DNA from: Heptranchias perlo | Taxonomy: Eukaryota | DNA: 64,000 bases | Direction: 5' to 3' | Assembly: GCF_035084215.1 (NCBI RefSeq) | Contig: NC_090358.1 | Span: forward strand, 27,280,001-27,344,000 | Part shown: in pieces, positions 23,042 to 36,270 of the stretch | Position numbering within the stretch: position 1 is the stretch's first letter | Layout of the letters: each line of letters starts with the position of its first letter | The notes under the pieces: generated by a model | The model's input: only the letters and a program-made list of their open reading frames with translations | What the model was told of the DNA's origin: nothing | Database searches by the model: none | Position numbers and translations under genes: made by a program

Positions 23042-23679
23042 CTGCCACAAGAATCAGACCATTTGAAATTTCAGGCACTTTTTTGTTTCCAATTCCACTG
23101 TACCATTTTAATCTGGCTGGAATTTTTAACTAATGGGCTTTTGCTTTGATTTGCAGGTAGGCGCTAAAATTTTATGTATTGTGGGCAAATTTACAGTAGA
23201 AAGTTTAATTTTCAGAAGTTAACCTAAAATTTGTAAACAATTTTTGTTTTATTTAATTCTCCCCTCCTGAAGGTGCCATTTCTTTCTTGGCTACAGTTTC
23301 ACCGCTGTCCGTGACATTTCCTATTCTTCATGTGTGAGCCTAGGCAATGAGTATCAGCAGGCTATTTAACCACAGATGGCCAAACCTGACTGATCCAGCC
23401 TTCCCTTGGTATGCAGATAGGGGACACATTCCCGCAAGGGCAAGTTGATGTTATACAGGAGCAGGAACCCTGGATGATTTTCCTCTCTGTAACTCAGGGG
23501 TGGCAAGGCCAATGGTGGTAGCCCAGCTGCTGCAATAAGCTAACACAAGAGCGGGTATCATACCTCAGACCTTCAGGTCTGATTGCTTAGCACTACACCA
23601 TGCGATGCAGAGTTTTACTTTTAATGTGTTATTAGCTATTAAGTCCTGAATTATGCCACTTTGTTCAACACTGGAGCAG

Positions 23680-24230
23680 GGGCAAAATCCAATTCACTTC
23701 CCAAAATCTAACGATCCGAGGAGCAGTTCCTGAAAAACCCGAGAGGTGATCTGCAGACAGGGAACGGGAAATGGATAGCACTGTCGGCTGGGGTGGGGGC
23801 AGGGCAGAAAGAGAAAGAGAGCGGGTTTAAAGGAATTCAAAAATACATTCCTACAGCGTAGTAGAACTGCCCCAAGCTATTTTATTTCAAAATAAAATTG
23901 CTCTCAAATTAGATTTAGGGTATTTTATTTGGGCTAAATATAAGAGCACGAGATCTCCAGCACGGTTTCAATTCCTGTCAGATGAGGAGAGAGAGAAAGA
24001 GCACGAAGAGTGACGAAAGCGTCGCGAAGGGCAAAGAGTGAAAAAGACAGCGAGCAGAGAGCGAGAGAAAAAAAAAGAAAAAGATTTTAAAAAGGGAGAT
24101 GGATCGATCTTTAATGAAGCTGAGTAGCACAGAATAGATTTGGACTTGGAGGTGATTAATCGAGATTCTGCCGGATTAAAATTGATTACATGTGCCCCAT
24201 ACACTCGATGTAACTGAGGAACTGGTCGGA
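23680..24230. mobile_element. Probable old non-autonomous DNA-transposon-like element with purine-rich core
   Basis: CpG-richer flanks around a GA-rich core, similar in layout to 53710-54405 and 55831-56460. The termini are unclear. Confidence 0.3.
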
Positions 24231-24433
24231 AAGGTTAGGCATCCTACACTACAGTATTTACTCCCCATTTACAAGCACCTTCAATCATCCCTCTTTTTAC
24301 AATGATCAATCATAACATGGCTCCCTCTAACAAGTACCTAATGGACTTGTTGTTATTGTGTGTTCAAACAGATCTCAAGGTGTGCCTTTTGTTTTCAGAT
24401 GGTCTTTAAAATGATATCTGGAAGGAGAATTAC

Positions 24434-24543
24434 CCTGTAACTCTTTTTTAGGCATTTCTTGGTTATCTTCTGTATGGTCCCCATCACTTTGGGGATTTGT
24501 TACTGATTCTTGGGATAGTAGCAGCAACTGGTTGGACACAGAT
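24434..24543 (-). CDS. ZFAND6: ZFAND6 coding exon 3 (110 nt; RSVSNQLLLLSQESVTNPQSDGDHTEDNQEMPKKELQ)
   Basis: Acceptor ttttcttgctttttcAG, donor CAGG|GTAATT. Phase 2-1 fits the neighbouring exons, and the peptide resembles the mammalian PVSNQSLLSESV linker. Too short for the ORF track. Confidence 0.9.
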
Positions 24544-25544
24544 CTGAAAAAGCAAGAAAATGTTAAAAAAAAAAAAAAATTCAGCGGGTGTTAAAGCAGA
24601 ACTATATAGTTTAGTCTATAATTTGCAAGTACAAGAACACCCTATGAATGCCTCAAATACCAAAGTTTAGCTGTTTAAATCCTCAGTATGACACAGAATT
24701 TTCTAGGAGCAGGAAACTATTCAGCTCTCTTTGCCTGCAATGAATTTAATCCCCTCAGGGGCTGATTTTACATAGTCTCATTTTCTGCTTTCTCTTCTAC
24801 TGTTTTATATTATATTCTGCCATACCCTTTAATATTATCCAATACATTTTTGAAAGCTGTAATCAATTTAGCACTAATCACTTGTGGCAAAGCATTCCAC
24901 ATTCCAGTAGCTTTGTTTGAAAACAGGGTAAATTTTCCCCATTATTGTGCATGAGCAATGCTGAGTTCTCAAGCACAGCTTAGAGGAAAAAGGCAGAGAG
25001 ACCAGTTACATCAGGTATCCTTCCCCTCTGCGCCATGCCAGAATTCCTGCAGTAGATGCAGCCCAATGTTACAATTTAATGAGACAGAAGAGGATGTTCT
25101 GATAACGTCAGCCTCAAAATCCTGATCGTCTAACCACTGGGTGTCCCAACAGACGTGTGTCTGAAGCAACTAGCCAAATTGGCAAGGAACTTCTGTCCTG
25201 ACAGGTGCAGATCATCTCAGGTATGCTGTGCCTGTCAGGTGCCCCTGCAGGGAATCTACCCTCATTTCTTCTAATCGCCCCCTTTATTTCACTGTTCATC
25301 CTGAGATCACAGCTTGCCATCTATTTACCCACCAATGGAAATCATCAAATAATGCCCAAATCAGAATTGTAAATGATTGATAGATGCTTTAAGATTGTTG
25401 ACCAAAACTATTTCTATAATGAAAGTGCCCAAGTATTAAATATTTAAAGTTCTATATTTCTAGCATTAGTAAAAGTATCTATTGTCCCTGATGATATCTC
25501 TCAGATGAAAACCACACTTGCTATATGAGATTTGATGACCTTTT

Positions 25545-25690
25545 GAACAAGAAAAATAAGGGAATCAAGGGATATGGGGATAGGGCGGGAAAGTGGAGTT
25601 GAGGTAGATGATCAGCCATGATCTGATTGAATGGCACAGCAGGCTCGAGGGGCCGTATGGCCTACTCCTGCTCCTATTATGTTCTTATCT
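25545..25690 (+). mobile_element. CR1 3' tail
   Basis: GGAATCAAGGGATATGGGG...GGCCGTATGGCCTACTCCTGCTCCTATT. Confidence 0.85.
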
Positions 25691-26554
25691 ATGTTTACAA
25701 GTACCACTTTGATCATGTCTCATGAATCCCCCCCCATAATCATCCTATAGATCTACATTGCTCCATGTTCAGGGTGACTATAGTCTTCCTTTAGCGAGGA
25801 GCCCAAAAACTGCAGTCTTCAAGATATGGCTTAACTGTAGTTTTGTAGTCATAGCAAACCCTCAATACAAACTCCAAAATCCCATTTGCTGCACTTTTAA
25901 AAACCTAAATACCCACTTAAGGATTTATGTATCTGCACGCCCTGAACCATTTGATTGAGAAAGTTATTAAGAATAATTTCAGTTCTTGTTCCCACACATT
26001 TTGTAATATTAAACTACACTTGTCACTTACTAGCCTCTCTCTCACACTCTTATCACCGTCAAAACCAATCATCTTGAGGCTTAATATATTTAACACTATC
26101 CTTGCCTGTTTAAGTTTTCCTTTAGTTTCACTGCATTTGGCAGTAGCAGTTTGCTACTCTCCCCAGTTTGGTATCAGCAATAATCACTCCTTCACATCTG
26201 GACCAGAAAATAAACATAGCTAACCACCTGGAGCAATCCCTGCCAGTTTGAGAACGATCCACTCACAGCAATCCCTTTGCTGTATTCCTTTCAGCCATCT
26301 CTATCTGTGCCATTACCTTCCCTTTTATGCCACAGACTCTAATTCTCTCCAATTTCTTATTTGGCAATTGCTCAAAGTGTTTTCTGGAAGTCCATGTAAA
26401 CTTAAATCTACTACACCTCCCGTTTATACTTTGTTATTCTATCAGGCTAGTCAAACATGACCTCCCTTTCACAAATCCCCGTTGACTATCTCCAATCAGC
26501 TCATGTCCTTCTAAGTATTGATTTATTTGATCTCTAATCACTGGTCTGATCTCT

Positions 26555-27055
26555 TAGAGAGGGTGCAGAAGAGATTTACTAGAATGATTCCAGAGATGAG
26601 GGACTTTAGTTACGTGGATAGACTGGAGAAGCTGGGGTTGTTCTCCTTGTAACAGACACGGTTGCGAGCGATTTGATAGAGGTATTCAAAATCATGAAGG
26701 GTCTAGACAGAGTAGATAGAGAGAAACTGTTCCCATTGGCGGAAGGATCAAGAACCAGAGGACATAGATTTAAGGTGATTAGCAAAAGAACCAAAAGGTG
26801 ACATAAGGAAAAACTTTTTTTTTTAAAAAACACAGCAAGTGGTTATGATCTGGAATGCACTGCCTAAGGGGGTGGTGGAGACAGATTCAATCATGGCTTT
26901 CAAAAGGGAACTGGCTAAGTACTTGAAAGGAAAACATTTTGCAGGGCTAAAGGGATAGGGCGGGGGAGTGGGACCAGCTGGATTGCTCTTGCATAGAGCC
27001 AGCGCAGACTAGATGGGCCAAATGGCCTCCTTCTGTGCTGTAACCTATGATTCTA
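26555..27055 (+). mobile_element. CR1 3' fragment
   Basis: LERVQKRFTRMIP region, nearly identical to 34900-35370, with an ATGATTCT tail. Confidence 0.92.
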
Positions 27056-27214
27056 ATCATGCACTACTGATACAAGGCCAACTGGTCAATAGTTGTTTGG
27101 CTTACAATGTTGTGAACAGAGGTGTAACATCTGTCAAACTCCAGTTCATCTAATGAATTCTGAAAAGATCATTCTTAATCCCTCACTAAACTATGCATAT
27201 CATCTGGGAGAAGG

Positions 27215-27680
27215 TGGAAAAAGACTTACTAGGATGATACCAGAAATGAGGGGTTATACCTATCAGGAAAGATTGAGCAGCTGGGGCTCTTTTCTCTTGA
27301 AAAGAGATGATTGAGATGTGACATGACAGAGGTCTTTAAGATTATGAAAGGGTAGAAGTGGAGCTGATGTTTCCACTTGCTGGGGAGACCAGAACTAGGG
27401 GCCATAAATAGAAGATAGTCACTAACAAATCCAGTAGGGAATTCAGGAGAAACTTTTTCACTCAGAGTGGTAAGAATGTGGAACTCGCTATCACAAGGAG
27501 TAGTTGATGTGACTAGCATAGATGCATTTAAGAGAAGCTAGATAAACACTAGAAGGGAATAGAAGGATATGTTGATAGGGTTAGATGAAGGGTGGGAGGA
27601 GGCTAACATGGAGCATAAACACCGGCATGGACCTTTGGGCCATATGGCCTGTTTCTGTGCTGTACATTCTTTGTAATTCT
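27215..27680 (+). mobile_element. CR1 3' fragment (same subfamily as 1150-1532)
   Basis: KRLTRMIPEMRGYTYQERL...GGCCATATGGCCTGTTTCTGTGCTGTACATTCT. Confidence 0.88.
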
Positions 27681-30194
27681 TCATAATCTGGAACTGGACA
27701 CATTAATTTTTACTGCCCTCAGCTCTTTAAGAACCATTTCTTTATTAATTCTTTTTAGTTGCCCTTCTACTACCTCCATTCCCCTCTGTAAATACTGAAG
27801 TAAAATATTCCCTAAGCCACTATTTCCTTATCTACAAAAATCTCACCATGATCATTTTGTGGTTCCACCCCTCCTTAATGATGTGTTTATAAAAACCTCT
27901 GCTCAGCTGGCAGAAATGCAGCAGGGTAGGACTTCTGCCCACCTTCACCCTGATCCTGTTCCAAATCCCAGGGACGGGATTATTTGAATATTAGGGGCAG
28001 GCATCAACATCATTAACAGCACTAATAAGGACACGTGACCCGGGGAGCCAATAGGATTTTGACGCTGCTCAAGTTTTAAACCTTTCTTCAAAGTTGCTCC
28101 CTTGCTGCTCTGCCAATATGCTAAAGGCAGATCGATCGCCATTTGGATACGGCTTTATGGAGCCCTTTTATGACAAATACCATTGGGCATAGAATAGATG
28201 CAACTAGGGGAGTTCCGGGAAGCTCAGTAGCCCGCCAGTCCTGCCTCAAAGTGACTTCATGATGCAGGGACTGGGAAGGCAATGCACAACCCCCCCATTA
28301 ATGGAGCAAGAATGGAGTGGAAACTTTGTATAAAATGGGTTCTGCCCCAAATTGTTTCCCTCCAGCACAGATTATACTAATTCCACATCAAAAACAATTT
28401 CTAGGCTCTTGCCGCTGTCTTGTTCAATTCAATTTTTAGATTAAGGCATTTCATGCTTTCAAATTTCTTTTGCTCACTAGCTTAGTCTTATATTTTAAGC
28501 CTTTATTTTTAGCCTAATCTGCCTGTTCATCCACTGAAGCACAACCCTAGACACAGCCCCTACCTTTCCTTATTAGTGTGTTCCTAGACTGGGCTGAATC
28601 AATTTCACACTTCAAATATTTCCCACTGTTTTACTAGGTTACTCTTCCCTCCCGTTTATCCAGGCTAAATCCTCAGCCATCCATCAGTAGTACGCTCTTC
28701 TTCATTCAACTTTGTTTTTGACACTCTCTCCCTCTATTTTAACACTAAAACTATGTGCTGATTATGCATCACACATTTTCCCCCCATACCTACCTTTTGC
28801 TGACCTGTTCCTTCAGAACCAAAATCAAGTTTTGCATTTTCCTGGTTATGTACTCATGCAGGAAACAGTCTTGAATGCATTTTATAAATCCCTCCCCATT
28901 TACTCCTCTCCCAGACATGTTCTTCAATCTAAGGATATTTAAAGTTCTCCATTGCGGTCCTATTTCTACACACCTCCAGTGTCTGCAAATCCTCGCTTTG
29001 ATTTCTTTAGAATAAGTTGACAATCTGCAAAAGGCCTCCCAATATTGCAGCAATCACTGAAACTTTTAATTCTTTAACTCACCCCAGGGACTACCTGTAC
29101 ATTACTTTCAATATCTTTGCTTTCTAATGCTGAAACCCCATACAACCAATCCCTTTTTGCATTGTCTATCTCTTCTAAATATTATTACCCGGAATGTTTA
29201 TTTCCCAGTCATACCCTTGCGGAAGCCAAGTTTCAGTTAAAGCAATGTTTTCCTGTTTTTCCAATTGCAATTGTTTCTCATTCCCCAAGTTTACATGTCT
29301 TGCATTAGTCTGCACACGCTTGAGCCCTTTGCACCCATTGCTCCTTCATCGCTATTCTTTTTCTTACTGTTATACTTTGTTTGCTCCTCTTCTATCATCT
29401 TTAAGTCTCACTATCTCTCCATCCCAACCCCTTCTAGTTTGTGCCATTTTCCCTCACTTCTACACTTGAAGCCTCCTATTTATATCTTGGTAGCAGCAAC
29501 ATTTTTAGTTTTTGGCTAGCCTTGCCTGTCCCTCCCCCACCAATCGATTAATCCGCTCTGTATTTTTTGAGATATTCTTTAGAATGATGAAGATTGCAAA
29601 ATTACTACAGCTTCAGATTCTTATTACATAAAGAAAAAAAAAACAGTTGAAGCACCACTGAAGAATGATGCTATAAGGATTGAGGAGCTGTTGTTCGGAG
29701 AACAGGTTACTAATTATAAGCGACACCTGTTGGACATGTGGAGCAGTCAATATTTTAAATAAAATTAAAAATTGTCTTAGTAAATTAATCTCTGCTCAAA
29801 ACTGACTAAAAGAAAAAACACAACTCACTAAGAATTCTACTTAAACGAAGGGTCAAAGGGAACATTTAGATTTGTCCAAAACTTGCTTGATGTTTGAAAC
29901 ATTAATAGTAATAGCTAATAAAGCACTACAACCACCTCCTGCAGCTCCTAATTTATTACCAGATTTAAAATATTGGGAGAACGTTAGTCATCGAAGAACC
30001 ACAATTGTGGCCAAAGAACAATAAAATAGGCAAATGTAGTTTCTCTGAAAAATGGCAAATTCTGTACCATCAGCTAAGCCAGAAATAATAAAGATTCAAT
30101 AGTTACGGTAGACTACAATGCTTAAATAAATATTCTCCAAATCTTAGAAAAGTCAAGAAAATTTTTTTAAGCTGAAAAGGCAGACTAAGGAAAA

Positions 30195-31385
30195 AGGGGA
30201 ACCAATGGATGCAGTATATTTGGATTTCCAAAAGGCATTCGATAAGGTGCTACATAAAAGATTACTGCACAAGAGCTCATGGTGTTGGGAGTAATATACT
30301 GGCATGGATAGAGGATTGGCTAACTAACAGAAAACAAGGGTCAGGATAAAAGGGTCATTTTCAAAATGGCAATCTGTAACTAGTGGGGTGCCGCAGCCTC
30401 AACTATTTACAATATATATCAATGACTTGGATGAAGGAACAGAGTGTCTTGTGGCCAAATTTGCTGCTGATACAAAGATAGGTGGAAAAGCAAGTTGCGA
30501 TGAGGACACAAAGTGTCTGCAAAGAGATATTGACAGGTTAAGCAAATGGGCAAAAATTTGGCAGATGGAATATAATGTGGGAAAATGTGAAATCATCCAC
30601 TTTGGGAGGAAAAATAAAAAGGCAAAATATTATTTGAATGGAGAAATACTACAAAATGCTGTGGTACAGGAGGATCTGGGTGTCCTTGTATATGAAACAC
30701 AAAAAGTCAACATACAGGTGCAGCAGGTGATCCGGAAGGCAAACGGAATATTGGCCTTTATTTGTAGGGGGATGGAGTATAAAAGCAGGGAAGTCATGCT
30801 ACAACTGTACAGGGTGCTAGTGAGACCACACCTGGAGTACTGTGTACAATTCTGGTGCTTTTATTTAAGGAAGGACATACTTGCATTGGAGGCAGTTCAG
30901 AAAAAGTTCACTAGGTTGATTCCAGGTATGGAAGGGTTGTCTTATGAGAAAACATTGAACAGGTTGGGTCTATACTCATTGGAGTTTAGAAGAATGAGAG
31001 GAGATTGTATTGAAACATACAAGGTTCTGAGGGGACTCGATAGGGTAGATGCTGAGAGGATGTTACCCCTCATGGGGAATCTAAAACTAGGGGGCATAGT
31101 CTCAGAATAAGGGATCGCCCGTTTAAGATGGAAATGAGGAGGAATTTCTTCTCCCAGAGGGTCGTGAATCTTTGGAATTCTTTACCCCAAAAAGCTGTGG
31201 AGGCTGAGTCATTGAATACATTCAAGGTTGAGTTTGACAAATTTTTGATCAGCAAAGGAGTCAAAGGATATGGGAAAAGGGCGGGAAAGTGGAGTTGAGG
31301 TAAAAATCAGATCAGCCATGATCTCATTGAATGGTGGAGCAGGCTCGAGGAACCGAATGGTCTACTCCTGCTCCTATCTCTTATG
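30195..31385 (+). mobile_element. CR1 LINE, 5'-truncated, RT plus tail
   Basis: ORF 30388..31110 (FTIYINDLDEG...KFAADTK...RPHLEYCVQFW); tail ACTCCTGCTCCTATCTCTTATG. Confidence 0.95.
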
Positions 31386-31609
31386 GAAAATAATTTCAAC
31401 CTCCCTATATTTTCCTTAAAAGTGATGAGCAATGTTTAATGTTGGAAAGGTTGTGATAGAAACCTATTGTATGGGAACCAAGTCCAACAGAATTCTGAAT
31501 TTTATTCTAATCCTGTATATCTACACTTCCTTGGCTTGTTTAGTTCCCTAACTACCCCAAAGCTTTTGTGAGATAATACTATGTCTTTGTCGTGTGTGTA
31601 TATGAAAAC

Positions 31610-34600
31610 ATGCGAAGGAAGTGTCGCCAGCTGGAGGAGCTCGAGCGCCGGATTTCGGAGCTCGAGCAGCAGCTGGCATGACTGCAGTGTATCCGTGAGG
31701 CTGAGAGTTTCATGGATAGCACGTTTCAGGAGGTGGCCACCCTGCGGCTTAAGAGTGTGCAGGCAGAGAGGGAATGGGTGACTGCCAGACACACAAGGAG
31801 GACCAGGCAGGTAGTGCAGGAGTCCCGAGTGCATCTCACTCTCTAAGCGGTACTGGTGAGGGCCAAGTCCACAGCACCATGGTGGCTCAGCTGTACAGGA
31901 GGAGAAGGGTCAGGAGAGCAATAGTGATAGAGGATTCAATACTTGGGGAACAGACAGGAGTTTCTGCGGTTGCAGACGAGAGTCCAGGATGGTACATTGC
32001 CTCCCTGCTGCCAGGGTCAAGGATGTCAGAGTGGCTGCAGAACATTCTGAAGAGGTAGGGTGAACAACCAGAGGTCATGGTCCATATAATTATAAACGAC
32101 AAAGGTAGAAAGAGGGATGAGTCCTGCAAGAATTTAGGGAGTTAGGAAAGAGATTACTAAACAGGACCTCAAAAAGGTAGTAATCACTGGATCACACGCT
32201 AGCGAGCATGGAAATAGGAGGATAGAGCAGATGAATGCGTGGCTGGAGAGATGGTGCAGGAGGGAGGGCTTTAGATTCCTGAGGCATTGGGACCAGTTCT
32301 GGGGGAAGTGGGACCTCTACAGGCCAGATGGGTTGCACCTCAACAGAGCAACATGCTTGCGGGGAGCTTCGCTAGTGTTGTGGGGAGGGCTTAAAACTAA
32401 TTTGGCAGGGGGATGGGCACCAGGATGTAGCACTGGAAAGGAGAAACAACGTGCACAAAGGATTGGGAGAGACAGATAGCACTAGAGTAAGAAATAGTAC
32501 GGTATTAGATGGGATCAGACTAAGAATACGAGTAGGTCCAAGATAGGTTTACAGTGCATGTGTGTAAACGCACGAAGCGTAGTAAACAAGGTGGGAGAGC
32601 TGCAGGCGCAATTAGCCATGTGGGAATTTGATGATGTGGTGATAACAGAGACCTGGATCAAAAAAGGGTGGGATTGGGTACTAAATATTCCTGGATACAA
32701 GGTGTTCAGGAAAGAAAGGGAAGGAAAGAAAGGAGGGGTGTGGTGGCAGTATTGATTAAGGAGAACATTGCAGTGCTGGAGAGAGAGGATGTCCGAGAGG
32801 GGTCAAGGACAGAATCTATTTGGTTACAGTTAAGAAACAATAAAGGTGCCATTACGCTACTGGGTGTATTCTATAGGCCACCACTAGTGGGAAGGATAGA
32901 GAGGAGAAAATTTGCAAGAAAATTACAGAGATGTGCAAGAACCATAAAGTAGTGATAATGGGGGATTTCAACTATCCTAGTATAGACTGGGATAATAGTG
33001 TAAGGGGCAGAGGGGGAGGAATTTTTGAAGTGTGTTCGGGAGAACTTTCTTGACCAGTACATTTCCAGCCCAACAGGGAAGGAGGCATTGCTGGATCAGG
33101 TTCTAGGGAATGAGGTGGGCCAAGTATCAGTGGGGGAACAATTTAGGGAACAATGATCATATTATCATAAGATTTAGATTAGCTATGGATAAGGACAAGG
33201 ACCACTCTAAAATAAAAATACTTAATTGGAGGAGGGCCAATTTCAGTGGGATAAGAACAGATCTGGCCAGGGTAAATTGGAATCAAAGATTGGCAGGCAA
33301 AACTGTAATTGAACAGTGGGCGGCCTTTAAGGAGGAGATGGTTTGGGTACAGTATAGTACATTCCCACGAGGGAGAAAGGTAGGGCAATTAAAGCCAGAG
33401 CTCCCTGGATGACAAAAGAGAGGAAGATGAAGCAGAAAAAAGGGGAGTATGACAGATGTCAGGTTGATAATACAAGTGAGAACCAGGTTGAATATAGAAA
33501 GTTCAGAGGGGAAGTGATAAAGGAAATAAGAGGAGCAAAGAGAGAGTACGAGAATAGACTGACGGCAAACATAAAAGGAAATCCAAAAGTCTTCTATATG
33601 TATGTAAACAGTAAACGGGTAATAAGGAGGGGTGGGAGCGATTAGGGACCAAAAAGGAGATCTAGCTTGGAGGCAGAGGGTGTGGCTGAGATACTAAATG
33701 AGTACTTTGCATCTGTCTTTACCAAGGAAGAAGATGCTGCCAAAGTCATGGTAAAAAATGGAGGGTACATTGCCTACTGGATGGGCTAAAAATTGATAAG
33801 AGGAGGTACTAGAAAGGCTAGCTGTGCTTAAAGTAGATAAGTCACCTGGTTCAGATGGGATGCATCCTAGGTTGCTGAGGGAAGTAAGGATGGAAATTGC
33901 GGAGCTATTGGTCATAATCTTCCAATCCTCCTTAGATACGGGGGTGGTGCCAGAGGACTGGAGAATTGCAAAGGTTACACTCTTGTTCAAAAAAGGGTGT
34001 AATGATAAACCCAGCAACCACAATCCAGTCAGTTTAACCTCGGTAGTGGGGAAACTTTTAGAAATGATAATCTGGGAAAAAATTAATAGTCACTTGGACA
34101 AGTGTGGATTAATTAAGGAAAGCCAGCATGGATTTGTTAAAGGCAAATCGTGTTTAACTAACTCGATTGAATTTTTTGGTGAGGTAACAGAAAGGGTAGA
34201 TGAGGGCAATGAAGTTGATGTGGTGTATATGGACTTCCAAAAGGTGTTTGATAAAGTGCCTAATAGGCTTGTCATCAAAGTTGAAGCCCATGGAATAAAA
34301 GGGGCAGTGGCAGCATGGATACAAAATTGGCTAAGTAACAGTAAACAGAGAGTAGTGGTGAATGGTTGTTTTTTGGGAGCGAGGTATACAGTGGTGTTCC
34401 CCGGGGGTCGGTACTAGAACCACTGCTTTTCTTGATATATATTAATGACTTGGGTGTACAGGACACAATTTCAAAATTTGCAGATGACACAGAACTTGGA
34501 AGGGTAGCGAACAGTGAAGAGGACAGCGATAGACTTCAAGAGGACCTAGACAGGCTGGTGGAATGGGCGGACACACAGCAGATGAAATTTAATGCAGAGA

Positions 34601-35370
34601 AGTGTGAAGTGATACATTTTGGTAGGAAGAACGAGGAGAGGCAATATAAACTAAATGGTACAATTCTAAAATGGGTGCAGGAACAGAGATCTGGGGGTAT
34701 ATGTGCACAAATCGTTGAAGGTGGCAGGTCAGGTTGAGAAAGCGGTTAAGAATGCATATGGGATCTTGGGCTTCATAAATAGAGCCATAGAATAAAAGCA
34801 AAGAGGTTACGATGAACCTTTATAAAACACTGGTTCGACCACAACTGGAGTATTGTGTCCAGTTCTGGGCACCGCACTTTAGGAAGAATGTGAAGGTCTT
34901 AGAGAGGGTGCAGAAGAGATTTACTGGAATGATTCCAGGGATAGGGGACTTCAGTTACGTGGATAAACAGGAGAAGCTGGGTTCGTTCTCCTTAGAGCAG
35001 AGATGTTTGAGGGGAGATTTGATAGAGGTATTCAAAATCTGAAGGGTCTAGACAGAGTAGAGAGAGCAAAACTGGGAACCAGAGGACACAGATTTAAAGG
35101 TGATTGGCAAAAGAACCAAAGGTGACATGAGGAAAAACTTTTTTACACATTGAGTGGTTATGATCTGGAATGCACTGCCTGAGGGGGTGGTGGAGGCAGA
35201 TTCAATCGTGGCTTTCAAAAGGAAACTGGATAAGTACTTGAAGGGAAAAAATTTGCAGCACTATGGGGATAGGGCAGGGGAGTGGGACTAGCTGGATTGC
35301 TCTTGCAGAGAGCTGGCACAGACTCAATGGGCCGAATGGCCTCCTTCCATGCTGTAACCTATGATTCTAT
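31610..35370 (+). mobile_element. Near full-length CR1 LINE (ORF1 coiled-coil + SGNH esterase; ORF2 APE + RT), frameshifted
   Basis: ORF1: KCRQLEELERRISELEQQL, AIVIEDSI, WGKWDLYRPDGLHLN. ORF2: CVNARSVVNK...ITETW, GDFN, KSPGSDGMHP, QHGFVKGKSCLTN, KFADD. Tail CTATGATTCTAT. Confidence 0.95.
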
Positions 35371-35699
35371 TTAAACCCGAAAATATCTGATGGTCATTTT
35401 CAATCCTTGCTATATTTAAGTTTTTTAACATTAGTATTTAAAGTTTGTAACACAAAACTAGATTTTTAAGTGTTTCTTTTTAGGTGACCGTTTAATATTA
35501 AAAAGTTCAGCTTATGTTTGTAAAAATGACAATTATTTATACTGTTCATAGATAAATAAATTGCGTATAATAACTTTCCCCCTCCCACGATTCCCCCATT
35601 TTCATATGTCACTTCCAGACACAAAATAAAAGACAATACTATATTCAAATCTGACACCCACAAACAGAAACCAAGTGGATCATAGTTCCAATTCATTGA

Positions 35700-35874
35700 T
35701 GTAAGGAATCTTACAACACCAGATTATAGTCCAACAGTTTTATTTGAAAATCACAAGCTTTTGGAGCTCCGAAAGCTTGTGATTTTCAAATAAAACTGTT
35801 GGACCAAAACCTGGTGTTGTAAGATTCCTTACATTTGTCCACCCCAGTCCATCACCAGCATCTCCACATCATGA
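35700..35874. mobile_element. Palindromic mini Penelope-like insertion with 12-bp TSD
   Basis: 68-bp inverted arms at 35699-35766 and 35767-35834 (4 mismatches, no spacer). CCAATTCATTGA is directly repeated at 35688-35699 and 35875-35886. Confidence 0.85.
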
Positions 35875-36270
35875 CCAATTCATTGAGACATTGTTTCCCG
35901 TAACTATACCAAAATATTTCCTGAATAAACTTTATTAAAGTAATTGTTTCATCAATTTCTTCTATTGTGCACGCTAATGAGATGTTACAAAAAGCCCTCC
36001 TTTTATTATTCAATAATTAACCTAACCAAGCAACCTGGGTAGGCTCATCAATTCCAAAGGATAAACATTTCTCAACTTGCAAATAGATTTCTCTTCAGTT
36101 GTTTAACAGCTAGGTCAATGCCCTGATATACTGAATGTACCAAGCGCTTTACTTTTCTTGTACTTTGTCCTCTAAATTATAGTCGCAAGTTACAGAAAAA
36201 AATATTTATCTCCATTGCATAAATTTTGAATTCTTGCGCCTGTTTTAAACAGATATACATTTAATTATAT

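Larger units (their letters stand above)
24690..29520 (-). mobile_element. Fragments of an ancient CR1 (tail ~24690-24920, RT ~25690-26490, EN/ORF1 side ~27680-29520) split by younger insertions
   Basis: ORF 28790..29053 (GEGFIKCIQDCFLHEYITRK..NLILVL) is CR1 endonuclease-like. TTCACAAATCCCCGTTGACT at ~26470 is the reverse of the QHGFVK motif. Confidence 0.55.

Noticed and set aside
25197-25239. Small hairpin CCTGACAGG...CCTGTCAGG
   Set aside because: The stem is short (~14 bp, imperfect) and lies in probable old transposon sequence, so it is not distinguishable from background.
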